IMG/VR virus record: IMGVR_UViG_3300044911_002386
Coordinates: 103,812 to 167,811 of that record
Strand: one strand, 5' to 3'
From: a virus
DNA: 64,000 nucleotides
This document shows positions 52,762 to 64,000 of the stretch, piece after piece; positions within the stretch are counted from its first letter, which is position 1; every line of letters starts with the position of its first letter. A model generated the notes under the pieces. That model worked only from the letters and a program-made list of their open reading frames with translations. It ran no database searches and was not told where the DNA came from. Both the position numbers and the translations under genes were made by a program.

Positions 52762-53508
52762 TCAAAGATTCGCCGTTGTCGCTAGTACCGGTGCCGGCGT
52801 CGTGTCCGGAGTAAACACATAACCCGGCTCAGTAATATTATCAAATAATTGCTGGTCTGCCGAGTAATACAGCCGCACAGCAGTTTCTTGTTCTTCTGTT
52901 AACACGGCTTTTTTTCGCTTTGCCTTGTTTGCTTCCGGTATTGGCGCCGCGATCTCAAGAAACTCCCAAGCGGCTTTCATGTCGCGGGGGAACTTAAAGC
53001 AGGTGGTCGGCCCTACGGCGTATTCGTGCTGATGGAGAAAGTGTACGTTGTCGCGCAAGAACCCAAAGCGAGGCGGTTTTTTTCCTCGGGCTATCATCTG
53101 GTTCGCTGTGCGGGTATTTTGCCGCGTTCGGTAATCCAGTTGTTTTTGCCACTGCGCGGCGGGTAAATTGCTTGGTTTGGGGCGGAGACACTGCACGTCA
53201 GCGATGATCGAGTCTATGGCGTTTTGGATATTGCCGGGTTTAATGTTTATCTGCTGGCACGCGGACACAAAACGATCAACCGGGTCACGGACAAGTAGCA
53301 CCACAGGCTTTGTCGGCGTCGGCGATCCGCTACACATCCAATGCCACAATTCAGTTTCAGGTGATTTGCCTTCTGGATACGCTGCAGTACGTATCAGCCA
53401 ATCTTGCCGCGGATAAAACTGCTGGATAATAGCCCGCGCCATGCTGCTCGAACCAACTTTGGCGTTAAGCGCAACAGAGTATTTTGGCGTGCCGTAATAG
53501 AAAATCAT
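52762..53508 (-). CDS. sulfotransferase-family protein (Sulfotransfer_2-like)
   Basis: NAKVGSSS (5'-PSB), VRDPVDRFVSA (3'-PB), HFLHQ, YYSADQQLF. Confidence 0.75.
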   Translation of the reverse strand: MIFYYGTPKYSVALNAKVGSSSMARAIIQQFYPRQDWLIRTAAYPEGKSPETELWHWMCSGSPTPTKPVVLLVRDPVDRFVSACQQINIKPGNIQNAIDSIIADVQCLRPKPSNLPAAQWQKQLDYRTRQNTRTANQMIARGKKPPRFGFLRDNVHFLHQHEYAVGPTTCFKFPRDMKAAWEFLEIAAPIPEANKAKRKKAVLTEEQETAVRLYYSADQQLFDNITEPGYVFTPDTTPAPVLATTANL

Positions 53509-55472
53509 TATAGTGCCGTAAGTTGCGCAGTCGGTGGCGTGAAGGTAGCCGTGTAAAGAGCGGTACCGCGAGTCAGCCGGATGTCGTCAAGATAACTATT
53601 GGCGGTCATACGTGTTGCGGTGTTGTTGGCCTGCGCACCGATCGATATCTGACCATTCGAGCCGATTACCGTGTTTGCGGGCAGGGTGACAGAGAGCCGC
53701 TGCACTCCGCCAGCGTATACGCGCACATTATCGTTCTCTCTAACGAGCGCTACGTGCGTCCACGTCGATAACGGAACATGCGTCGCCGGCGACCAATTGT
53801 ATGAGCCGCCTGCGATGAAAAGACTAGTTGAGTCGCTCCCCACGCGCCACAAAATTTGGCCGTCGAGATCAAAAATAGGCGTCGCTGCCCCACGGGACGC
53901 CAAGTAAACCCACATTTCTATCGTAAAGTTTTCGGTGCCCAAAACATTGGCAGAATTGCCGCTGGAGTTGTCGAGCCAATTGCTGCCGTTGAAAAGAATC
54001 GAAGCCGAACCATACTTAAACTGCGTTGTGCTTGTAACGGGCCCGGAACTGCTTTGATGAACGCGGCGGATAGTTTGTGCTGTTACGCTAGAGTCTGTAA
54101 TCGTGATTCCGTTATTGTCCCCGTTGCCGTTTAACAAGAGTGTCGTGGCCGGAGGCACGCTACCAAATACCGTATAGCCCTTCGCGGTGGCTATAGAGGG
54201 CGTGTCGGATGATATGCCGGGGTTGCCCTGCACGCTCAAAATACCGTCGTCGCAAGCGCCGAGATCTGTATAGAACTGATTCAAATCAGCGGCCGCGAGA
54301 TCGTTGTTCTTTAAACTTGCAAATTCTGGCGGGCCGGGAACCCACTGTGGAGTATACCGATTGTAATAATACGGATATCCGACATACGTGTATATCCAGT
54401 TGTTAGTGCCGGGGCCGCGATCGATTGTGAGGCTTTCTCCCCGCAACTTGGTAATGTTGTTAGACGACACGTCGAAGCCGTCAAACTGACCGATTGGTGT
54501 AAATACGAAGTCTGTATTGAAGTTGTACAGGAGTGCCGTGTTGGCGATTGCGGTGAGGGGTGCCGTAGGCGGCGTAAAGTTGGCTGTGTACACAGCAGCC
54601 TGCGTCTGCCGGAAATCGTCAATGAAACCTTCGATATAAGCATCGTAGTTCGGGGCGCCTCCGATTGAGATAATGTTATTCGTTACGGTCGCCGAGTAGT
54701 CTTGCGTGCTCGTTCCAACGCTGGTGCCGTCAATGTACAGCGTGTTCGTGCCACTGTTCCGCACTAAGGCAATATGAACCCATGTGTTTAACGCCGGAAC
54801 TGATCCGCCAGCGATGCCCGAGGAGATTCCGTTGCTAACCTGCATCTGACCGCTTAAATAATACATATGCAGGCCGCCCTGCCCGCTCTGGATATCGCCG
54901 GCTTCGTAAAAGGTAGGAAAACTGTTACCGCCATCGCCGGAACGCCGAAACCAAAATTCTATCGTGAAGTTTGACGAGTAGTTAAACGCAATAGATGTCC
55001 TGAGATAGTCGCCGTTGCCGTCAAAATAAGCGCTCGCCCCGCCATGCTTGCTTTGTGCGGTGCTGATAGCGACGTCGCCGTGTTTGTATGCCAACGCCGC
55101 ACTGCTAGACGAATCGGTAATCGCCAGCCGCACCGGGTAAATCTCAAACGCGCGATAGCCACCCGCGGCGGCTTTGCTGAACGTGTCACCTGAAAGATAG
55201 TTTGAAATAGTGTTGTCCCACCATTTCACGTTATAGCGCCCGGTGTCAGTTGCAGCCGTGCCCGTGACTAGCCCAGAAGACTTTGTCGTTAAGCCCCACA
55301 AGCGCGTATAGCCAACAGTCGAGAACGCTGGCGTAGCCGTGCCTTCGACCGGCCACGTACCGGCGGCCCGATTGGCGTATACATCGCGAGGCGTCCATAT
55401 CCCCGCAGCCGCATTAGCACTTGGTACGGGCGTTACGAAACCAGCCGCGTAACCACCTGACGGGCGGGGCAT
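53508..55472 (-). CDS. tail-fibre protein with two LamG/ConA-like domains
   Basis: FDGNGDYL..FTIEFW..WVHIALVR..GFIDDFR, repeated; N-terminal AGIWT..GTWP. Confidence 0.85.
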   Translation of the reverse strand: MPRPSGGYAAGFVTPVPSANAAAGIWTPRDVYANRAAGTWPVEGTATPAFSTVGYTRLWGLTTKSSGLVTGTAATDTGRYNVKWWDNTISNYLSGDTFSKAAAGGYRAFEIYPVRLAITDSSSSAALAYKHGDVAISTAQSKHGGASAYFDGNGDYLRTSIAFNYSSNFTIEFWFRRSGDGGNSFPTFYEAGDIQSGQGGLHMYYLSGQMQVSNGISSGIAGGSVPALNTWVHIALVRNSGTNTLYIDGTSVGTSTQDYSATVTNNIISIGGAPNYDAYIEGFIDDFRQTQAAVYTANFTPPTAPLTAIANTALLYNFNTDFVFTPIGQFDGFDVSSNNITKLRGESLTIDRGPGTNNWIYTYVGYPYYYNRYTPQWVPGPPEFASLKNNDLAAADLNQFYTDLGACDDGILSVQGNPGISSDTPSIATAKGYTVFGSVPPATTLLLNGNGDNNGITITDSSVTAQTIRRVHQSSSGPVTSTTQFKYGSASILFNGSNWLDNSSGNSANVLGTENFTIEMWVYLASRGAATPIFDLDGQILWRVGSDSTSLFIAGGSYNWSPATHVPLSTWTHVALVRENDNVRVYAGGVQRLSVTLPANTVIGSNGQISIGAQANNTATRMTANSYLDDIRLTRGTALYTATFTPPTAQLTAL

Positions 55473-55843
55473 TAGGCAACCTCTTCATACGAGCAAACAA
55501 CGTCAAGAATACTTGCTGTGCCAGCTGTAACTGTGATGCGCTTGTTTTCTTCCAGCCACACCGGATTTTCTTTGCCAACTAAAATAACAACAGCGCCTAC
55601 GGGTACAGTTACCGTAGCGGCAAGGGCGTAACCCGTACCAGCGCTCGCGGCCGTATAGATTTTTGCGGCAATAGACGCGCTGGTGGTAGCAGAAGTGTTC
55701 GCTACGGTTATGTTAGCAATACGTAGTGCTTTATTGCTAGACGCAGCGTTTGACAGCAGCGTCGTTTCGCTCGTTGAAGACAAGGACACGTACGTCGTCT
55801 TGCCAGTGACTGTTGTCGGAGCCTGTAGATTTGGTGCAGCCAT
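55472..55843 (-). CDS. small fibre adaptor, paralogous to the N-terminus of 46052-48088
   Basis: PN..TT.TGKT.Y..I.VAN..LA..VTVP..ENPVWLE..SYE. Confidence 0.8.
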   Translation of the reverse strand: MAAPNLQAPTTVTGKTTYVSLSSTSETTLLSNAASSNKALRIANITVANTSATTSASIAAKIYTAASAGTGYALAATVTVPVGAVVILVGKENPVWLEENKRITVTAGTASILDVVCSYEEVA

Positions 55844-55846
55844 TGT

Positions 55847-56569
55847 TTATCCAAAAAAGATTCCAGCACAATACCCAGAAAGCCTGTTGCCGGTAGGTAG
55901 TCTCTCGTTCGCGACAGTACCTGTTGTGATGTCGGCGGCAGAATGTGTGTGCACGTCGACCGGTAACTTATACCAGCCGCCACCAAGGCCGGAAACGTAC
56001 TGATACGTAACTTTTTGCCCGGCCGCTGAAAGAACGTCTGTCCCGGTTTGGGCGCCGGATACCGTCAAAGAACCGGAAGCATACGTTCCAACTAAAATGC
56101 ACACAATATCGCCATTTAATAGACTTGCCGTCGGTAGCGTTATTGTGACAGGCGAAATAACAGTGTATCTATAAAACGCGTCACGGGCAGCAGTCAATGT
56201 AACTGTGTTCGCATTGATGGCGGTAAATGACTGCGCTGCGGCAAAGGCACTCGCGTGCTGGCCGTCTACGGTATCAGCATTTAAGTTCGTGCAGACAGTG
56301 GTAGAGGTAACCGCAAGCGGCGCGGTACCCACGGCCACGCTCGACGTGAGTGTAGAACCTGCGACATTACCGGTAGCCCCGACAGACGCCGGCGTAATAG
56401 CCTGCCCGCTGATGCTGGTAACGGGAAGATTAACGACAGTCCCGGCAGAGTTCTTGGCGAACAACCTGCCGTCGGCTGTATTGATAGCCAGTTCGCCCGC
56501 AGAGAGTTGCCCGGCGGTAGGCTGAGCAGCAGCGGTACTGCTTTTCTTGATAAGAATCGTGTTAGACAT
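55847..56569 (-). CDS. tail-fibre protein
   Basis: ILIKKSS..P..L..GELAINTADGRLF N-terminus; NLNADTVDGQHAS; HTHSAADIT. Confidence 0.8.
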   Translation of the reverse strand: MSNTILIKKSSTAAAQPTAGQLSAGELAINTADGRLFAKNSAGTVVNLPVTSISGQAITPASVGATGNVAGSTLTSSVAVGTAPLAVTSTTVCTNLNADTVDGQHASAFAAAQSFTAINANTVTLTAARDAFYRYTVISPVTITLPTASLLNGDIVCILVGTYASGSLTVSGAQTGTDVLSAAGQKVTYQYVSGLGGGWYKLPVDVHTHSAADITTGTVANERLPTGNRLSGYCAGIFFG

Positions 56570-56648
56570 ACAGCTCTTTTACCTCCGCTTTTCCGAATAT
56601 TAACCGGAATAAGCAAAAGCATCAAGGGCTATTTTTAAGGTCTAAAAC

Positions 56649-59600
56649 TTAGAAAGTTCCGCCGTCAATAGTGCAATCGGCGTTAGCAAAAGCCGTGCAA
56701 AAATTGGTAGTAGACGCTGTTGTAAGGACAGTGCCGGTCTCGTCAGGCAGCGTTAATGTTCTCGCCGTCGTTAACGTCGTCGGCTGCATGGTTACGCGAA
56801 GCGTTCCCGAGCCGCCGGCTCGTCCGGCAATGATTACGCCGTCCTGTGCAGCCGTCGCGGTGCCAAATGTTTGCCCAGTCGCGTTGTAGAAGGTGTTCGC
56901 GCCGGTAAACGCGTTGTTTGACGCTACGGCGGCGGCACCAGACACCGCAGCTACCCCAATAGCGATCGCTGTTGTGGACGCAGCCGTTAAACGACCCTTA
57001 ACGTCGACCGTAAAAGTAGCAACGCTGGAAGCACTACCATAAGATGCGGCCGTAACACCACTGTTGGCCAACGTCAGGGCAGACGAACCAGCAGTGCTGG
57101 TGGCGTCGCCACTAAACGCCGGGAGTCGAAGTGCATTAAGAGTGCCGCTGGAGATATTAGAGGCATTCGTGGTGTCGGTCGTGGCCGAGGCGGCTAAACC
57201 GGATACAGCGCTAGAGGCGATGGCGATCGTAGTCGAAGCAGCGGCGGTTAACTGCCCCTGCGAGTTGACGGTGAACGTAGCAACCTGCGACGCAGAACCG
57301 TATGCTGCACCGGTGACCGTCGTGTTGGCGATGCTGAGCGTATTACCAGACTTTGAAAGCCCCGTACCGGCCGTAATTTGCCCAGCACCGCTAAACTGCG
57401 AGAACGTAATAGCATTAGACCCTACTGTACCGCCTGCGTCAGCAGTGCATACCCAACCGCTGTCAGCATTTGTTGTTCCCTGCTCGACAAACGTAAACGC
57501 GCCTGGAACTTCTGTCCATACGTCAAAGTCGGTGGCGCGTGTCCACGCACCGGCTGCTACGACGTAAATACCGTTTTGATTTGTTGTTGTCTGGTCTTTA
57601 ACAAGCACACGGTCGCCGGCAACGAGAGAAACGCCGTCGACAGTTTGTGCGCCTGACAACGACGCGATGTTAGCAGTCGTTGATGCCTTCACAGACGCTT
57701 TTACATCCAGACCCTGTACGAGCGCGTCAACTTGAGCAGCCGTGTAAGCATCCGTAATACCGTAACCCGAAAGCGTTGTCGGGTTTGTACCGGCGGTGAC
57801 ACGACCCTTAGCGTCTACCGTTACAGATCGATAAGTACCGGCTGTGGCACCAGAATTAGAAAGCGTGGCTGCAAAGCTACCCGTACCGCTACCTGTTACG
57901 TCACCAGTCAGTGTAATAGTCTGGTCGCCGGTATTTGTTCCCGCCACAGAAGCAGTTGAAGAAACAGTAAAATCGCCGCTGAGCGATATTGTGCGGTTAG
58001 CGTCGTTGACGTTTACGCTTAACGACCGAGCAGCCGTTAGGTTTGCCGAATTTGTAACCTGCAGGTAATGCGACGGCGAACTGTCGTCATAAAGGTAAAT
58101 GTCGCCGAAGTAACCGTTTTGAACCGAAGTGGTGCTGTTAGACAACGCGTCCGTAATACCATAACCCGAAAGCGTTGTCGGGTTTGTGCCAGCGGTAACG
58201 CGACCCTTAGCGTCTACCGTTACAGAGCGGTAGGTGCCGCCCGTGACGCCACTGTTAGCAAGCGTGACGGTAATACTTGTTGTTCCGGAACCGGTAGCAT
58301 CGCCAGTCAGCGTAATATTTTGATTTGCAGTTAAATAGCCGGCGGTATCGAGTGTCCACGTATCCGCAGCTGTCTTTTTAAGAAAGCCGCTCGTTCCGGT
58401 TAAACCAGCAATAGCCGTCAGGTCACCGTCCAGCGGTTGTGCGTCCGTAATGCCATAGCCAGCAAGTGTCGACGGATTCGTACCGCTCGTGACTCGGCCT
58501 TTAACGTCTATAGTTACCGACTTGTAAGTGCCGGCAGAGGCAACTGTAGCTAAAGTTAAGGCAGATGAACCAGCAGTGCTGGTAGCGTCCCCAGAGAAAG
58601 CCGGGAGTCGAAGTGCGTTGAGCGTACCACTGGAGATATTAGAGGCGTTGGTTGTATCAGTGGTAGCCGATGCAGCAAGCCCCGATACAGCGCCAGCGGA
58701 GATAGCGATCGCTGTTGTGGCAGCAGCCGTTAAACGACCCTTAACGTCGACCGTAAAAGTAGCAACGCTAGAAGCACTACCATAAGCCGCGGCCGTGACA
58801 CCACTGTTGGCCAACGTCAGGGCAGACGAACCAGCAGTGCTGGTGGCGTCGCCACTAAACGCTGGGAGCCGAAGTGCGTTAAGCGTGCCACTAGAAATGT
58901 TACTAGCATTCGTGGTGTCAGTAGTGGCCGAGGCCGCTAAACCGGATACAGCACCAGACGCAATAGCGATCGCGACGTTAGCAGCGGCTGTTAACTGCCC
59001 CTGCGAGTTGACGGTGAACGTAGCAACCTGCGACGCAGAACCGTATGCTGCACCGGTGACCGTCGTGTTGGAAATGTTAAGAGTGTTGCCAGACTTTGAA
59101 AGCCCCGTACCGGCCGTAATTTGCCCAGCACCGCTGAACTGCGAAAATGTAACGGCGGTAGAACCTAGTGTGCCGTTTGCGTCGGCCGTGCATACCCAGC
59201 CATTGTCGCCGTTTACTGTACCTTGCTCGACGAAGAAGAACGCACCCGGAATTTCTGTCCAAGCATCAAAATCAGTAGCCCGTGTCCACGCGCCAGCCGC
59301 TACCGAATAAATACCGTTCTGGTTTGTTGTTGTCTGGTCTTTAACAAGCACACGGTCGCCGGCAACGAGAGAAACGCCGTCGACAGTTTGTGCGCCTGAC
59401 AACGTCAGATTACCGGTAGACGCCGCTTTGACAGACGCCTTGACGTCTAGACCCTGTACGAGCGAGTCGACCTGGGCAGACGTGTAAGCGTCCGTAATGC
59501 CGTAACCCGAAAGTGTTGTCGGGTTTGTGCCAGCGGTGACACGACCCTTAGCGTCTACCGTTACAGAGCGGTAGGTGCCGGCTGTGGCACCAGAGGCAGA

Positions 59601-62201
59601 AAGCGTGGTTACAAAACTACCTGTGCCACTACCCGTTACGTCGCCAGTCAGCGTAATAGTTTGATCGCCGGTATTTGTTCCCGAAACCGTGGCGTCAGCC
59701 GAGGCGGTGAGATTGCCGCTGAGCGACAACGTGCGACTACCATCATTGACATTAATGCTGAACGTACGGGCGGCTGTTAAATTAGCCGAATTTGTAACCT
59801 GCAGGTAATGCGACGGCGAACTGTCGTCATAAAGGTAAATGTCGCCGAAGTAACCGCTTTGCGTCGACGTAGCACTGTTCGATAACGCATCTGTAATGCC
59901 ATAGCCAGAAAGAGTTGTCGGGTTTGTGCCGGCAGTGACGCGACCGTAGGTGTCCACAGTTACGCTTCTGTACGTGCCGACGGTCGCAATGACGCTGCCA
60001 GTAAGGTTTATAGAGTTTGCACTTACCGTTAACGAGCCGTTGCCGGTAGAAGCAACGTCAATTGTGCCCGGAGTAGTTTGCGTTAAACCATTGCCCGCAG
60101 TGACTGTGGCAGCGGATGCCGCCGCATCGACATAAGCGGTGGTCGCAATTGCTGTGCTATTGTTATTTGCCGACTGGGTCGGCGCTGTGGGCGTGCCAGT
60201 CAACGCCGGGCTTTCAGAGAACACAAGATTGACGGTACCGGTGGTGTCGCCGGTAATGCCGTCTCCTACTACTGCATTGCGCAGGTCAGTAGCAGTAATA
60301 GTGTCTTTGCTCTCGGCAGTTACGCGACCGTACTTATCAGCGTGCACCAGTATGTAGGCCGTGCTGATATTCGCGGGATCTGTTGCGACAGTGATGTCGT
60401 TGAAAACGCCACCGTTAGGCATTTGTGCTAGATCGACACCAGTCTCATTGACAACGATACGATCCGAGCCGGCTGTCTTCACATAAAAAGTACGGTCGTT
60501 ACGGCCGAGACCGAGACCGGCACGGAAGTCAAGCAAGGCCTGCGGAGACTCAAAAACAAGCGCGTCACCGCTTGCTGAATCAATTACTAGCGGGTCAATG
60601 TTTGTGACCTGAACAAACCCGCTATTTTTATTTACGTTGCCGAACTTTACGCGAATATAAGTACCGTAAACAAGTTCACCGGTTGCATCAGCCGTAGAGT
60701 GACGAATCCAGGTAACATTTGCGGCGGTCTCAGGCGCCGTTGGTTTTGGAATGTAGTAGAGCCCGTTTGTTTTCGGCTCCACTTCATTTTTTACGAGAAT
60801 AACGCTGCCAAGACGTGTAATGTTGTTGCTACCATCGCGCTGCTCTTCGACAGTTTGGTAGCCGTCAATAATCGGAACACCGGCAAACGAACCAGTCGTG
60901 GCATTAAACGCGGTGGCGTTGTCAAACGTCGCAACATTTGAATCCATCACAAAAGACGGACCCGTCGTAATTGTGAATATGGTGTTCTTGTTTACCGCGC
61001 CCTCGCGAACCAGCACTTTGGTGTTGTGTGCTAACTGCAGTTCTTCGCTTGTGTTTAAATCACGTGCACGCACTATCACGTTGTACGGGTCACCGCCGGT
61101 CGACCTAGAGTAATTGACGCGATAAATACCCGCGCGAGCATTGTCGTATTCGCCGCCTTCGTCCCCGCTGCCTGCGCCGACGTAACCATATGCGGTCAGA
61201 TTGTGCCCGCCCGGATTATTGTTTTTTGGCGTCCAGATGAAATGATCATTTTGATTGAGCGTTACGCCGTCTACAACAACTTTACCGTTAATAATTTGAT
61301 AGTAATCGCTTTTTGCACGCGCAATACGCTTAAACAAAACTGCACCGCCGGCAGGCACACTACTCGGGGCGGTTGTTTTGTTTGCATTGAAATTAAGATT
61401 CGTAAAACCAAAAGGTACAGTGGCCGTCGGCTCCACGGGGCTCTGCGCTACTTCAAAAGTGTAATTAGCGTAAGTACCGTTTGTGACGAAAACACGTGCG
61501 CCGACCGCAAAGTTTGAAGCTTCTGTCTCGCCTGTCTCACGCGTCCAATCGCCGGTTGTTGCTGTCGCGCCGGCAGGTATTTTCCAAATACCTTTTTTCA
61601 GGGGATCTAAGTGCCCCATGATCAGTACGCGATCGCCTGCCACCAACGTTACCGATTGATTTGGGATTGTCGGCAGGCCGCGTAATTCGTACAGCGCTAG
61701 CCCGTCAGCCATAGACCCTGGTTGCGGTACCGCCACTTTTACGTTTGAGAAACCTTGCAGGTTGTCATACGGACTGCCCGCGATAAGCGGCACTGTCGTC
61801 GCACAGTCTGCGGCCACAGGGTGCAACGACATACCCGCACCGGCACTACGTGCAACAGCGTCATCGACATACTCTGTAGTCGACAACAGTTTTCCACCTT
61901 GTGCGCCCGTAGTGGCAGGCGGATATGTGTTCGTGTAGGCGTACGCCTCGTCGCCAACTGATAACTTACCAGTCGTATTTACTGCACCGAAGGTGGCCGT
62001 GCCCGTCCATACGGCGCCGTCGCCCGTGATGGCTAACGGTATTGCGTTAGCGTTAGTCCCAGTAGCGTCGCCGCCGCGGCCGTAGTACAGCGTGTTAGAC
62101 GCCTCGTTAAAGGCAAGTTCAGCATTACGTAAAACGTTGTTGCCAGGGGCCGCTGCTGACTGGTTTGACGCGCGACGCTTAATACGTAATACGTTAGACA
62201 T
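56649..62201 (-). CDS. long tail-fibre protein (1850 aa) with internal repeats
   Basis: GTYRSVTVDAKGRVTAG..TTLSGYGITDA repeats; GDRVLVKDQ..NGIY modules; C-terminal DGGTF. Confidence 0.9.
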   Translation of the reverse strand: MSNVLRIKRRASNQSAAAPGNNVLRNAELAFNEASNTLYYGRGGDATGTNANAIPLAITGDGAVWTGTATFGAVNTTGKLSVGDEAYAYTNTYPPATTGAQGGKLLSTTEYVDDAVARSAGAGMSLHPVAADCATTVPLIAGSPYDNLQGFSNVKVAVPQPGSMADGLALYELRGLPTIPNQSVTLVAGDRVLIMGHLDPLKKGIWKIPAGATATTGDWTRETGETEASNFAVGARVFVTNGTYANYTFEVAQSPVEPTATVPFGFTNLNFNANKTTAPSSVPAGGAVLFKRIARAKSDYYQIINGKVVVDGVTLNQNDHFIWTPKNNNPGGHNLTAYGYVGAGSGDEGGEYDNARAGIYRVNYSRSTGGDPYNVIVRARDLNTSEELQLAHNTKVLVREGAVNKNTIFTITTGPSFVMDSNVATFDNATAFNATTGSFAGVPIIDGYQTVEEQRDGSNNITRLGSVILVKNEVEPKTNGLYYIPKPTAPETAANVTWIRHSTADATGELVYGTYIRVKFGNVNKNSGFVQVTNIDPLVIDSASGDALVFESPQALLDFRAGLGLGRNDRTFYVKTAGSDRIVVNETGVDLAQMPNGGVFNDITVATDPANISTAYILVHADKYGRVTAESKDTITATDLRNAVVGDGITGDTTGTVNLVFSESPALTGTPTAPTQSANNNSTAIATTAYVDAAASAATVTAGNGLTQTTPGTIDVASTGNGSLTVSANSINLTGSVIATVGTYRSVTVDTYGRVTAGTNPTTLSGYGITDALSNSATSTQSGYFGDIYLYDDSSPSHYLQVTNSANLTAARTFSINVNDGSRTLSLSGNLTASADATVSGTNTGDQTITLTGDVTGSGTGSFVTTLSASGATAGTYRSVTVDAKGRVTAGTNPTTLSGYGITDAYTSAQVDSLVQGLDVKASVKAASTGNLTLSGAQTVDGVSLVAGDRVLVKDQTTTNQNGIYSVAAGAWTRATDFDAWTEIPGAFFFVEQGTVNGDNGWVCTADANGTLGSTAVTFSQFSGAGQITAGTGLSKSGNTLNISNTTVTGAAYGSASQVATFTVNSQGQLTAAANVAIAIASGAVSGLAASATTDTTNASNISSGTLNALRLPAFSGDATSTAGSSALTLANSGVTAAAYGSASSVATFTVDVKGRLTAAATTAIAISAGAVSGLAASATTDTTNASNISSGTLNALRLPAFSGDATSTAGSSALTLATVASAGTYKSVTIDVKGRVTSGTNPSTLAGYGITDAQPLDGDLTAIAGLTGTSGFLKKTAADTWTLDTAGYLTANQNITLTGDATGSGTTSITVTLANSGVTGGTYRSVTVDAKGRVTAGTNPTTLSGYGITDALSNSTTSVQNGYFGDIYLYDDSSPSHYLQVTNSANLTAARSLSVNVNDANRTISLSGDFTVSSTASVAGTNTGDQTITLTGDVTGSGTGSFAATLSNSGATAGTYRSVTVDAKGRVTAGTNPTTLSGYGITDAYTAAQVDALVQGLDVKASVKASTTANIASLSGAQTVDGVSLVAGDRVLVKDQTTTNQNGIYVVAAGAWTRATDFDVWTEVPGAFTFVEQGTTNADSGWVCTADAGGTVGSNAITFSQFSGAGQITAGTGLSKSGNTLSIANTTVTGAAYGSASQVATFTVNSQGQLTAAASTTIAIASSAVSGLAASATTDTTNASNISSGTLNALRLPAFSGDATSTAGSSALTLANSGVTAASYGSASSVATFTVDVKGRLTAASTTAIAIGVAAVSGAAAVASNNAFTGANTFYNATGQTFGTATAAQDGVIIAGRAGGSGTLRVTMQPTTLTTARTLTLPDETGTVLTTASTTNFCTAFANADCTIDGGTF
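57060..59970. repeat. internal ~1.17-kb duplication in the long fibre gene (offset ~1740 bp)
   Basis: TTTGTAACCTGCAGGTAATGCGACGGCGAACTGTCG at 58051 and 59791; ACTGCCCCTGCGAGTTGACGG at 57251 and 58994; boundaries approximate. Confidence 0.85.
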
Positions 62202-62248
62202 TGAAATACCTTTTTGTTGGGGTTACACACTACTAGCAGTATAGCAAA

Positions 62249-62529
62249 TTAGAACGTGCCGCCGTCTGTTTGTTCGGCTTCCCACTGGGGCGTATCTTGT
62301 CCAGCTATATTTAAAATTGCCGTGACGATCCAGTTCGTGCCCGTATCCATAGTTTTAACAATTGACCCAACCGCAAGCCGTGCAACCGGAATGGCATCAC
62401 GGGCGGCAACACTGGGTACGGCCCGATAACCACCTTTACCGTATTGCGCATCATGCGTGGGAAAAATATCCTCTTCGGTAGCAGGCAAAATGGGCGCACC
62501 CAAATTGATGCCGCCAGAAATTGTCCCCA

Positions 62530-62530
<1 letters not shown>
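62249..62530 (-). CDS. small fibre-associated protein
   Basis: FPTHDAQYGKGGYRAV..RDAIP..R; C-terminal DGGTF. Confidence 0.75.

Positions 62531-64000
<1,470 letters not shown>

Overview
This is a 64-kb slice of a large (jumbo-type) tailed bacteriophage genome. It is densely coding, almost entirely on the minus strand, and uses the standard genetic code. No capsid, terminase or portal gene is visible, so the phage call rests on gene content: tail fibres, tRNAs, tmRNA, PhoH, thymidine kinase and many small orphan ORFs. A Planctomycetota-like aquatic host is an inference from protein types. Layout: (1) 0.1-10 kb, Gly-zipper proteins, a cluster of membrane proteins with a C1 protease and an MMP-like protease, and a multi-domain 2H-phosphoesterase/kinase protein; (2) 10-21 kb, auxiliary genes (actin-like ATPase, HAD, ferritin-like, PD-(D/E)XK nuclease, methyltransferases, PhoH, cupin, HNH); (3) 17-34 kb, large modular proteins, an SNF2-type helicase fusion, an S1 protease and a 1246-aa adhesin-metalloprotease; (4) 34-41.5 kb, promoter-gene-terminator cassettes, a ~700-nt structured RNA candidate, tmRNA and five tRNAs (a sixth lies at 9.8 kb); (5) 41.5-64 kb, glycosyltransferases, a sulfotransferase, tdk, and collagen-like, LamG and CLec tail fibres. 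The best candidates for undescribed biology are: (a) a ~700-nt ornate ncRNA with its own promoter, a duplicated covarying module and a terminal tRNA T-arm; (b) a family of apparent polyproteins whose unrelated modules are separated by K-x-A junctions and often led by an [AP][FY]xFG...KxA leader; (c) a repeated cassette boundary (terminator + TAGCTATCA + TAAATAA-N13-GGCATAT). All domain names come from motif recognition by eye and were not confirmed by database search.
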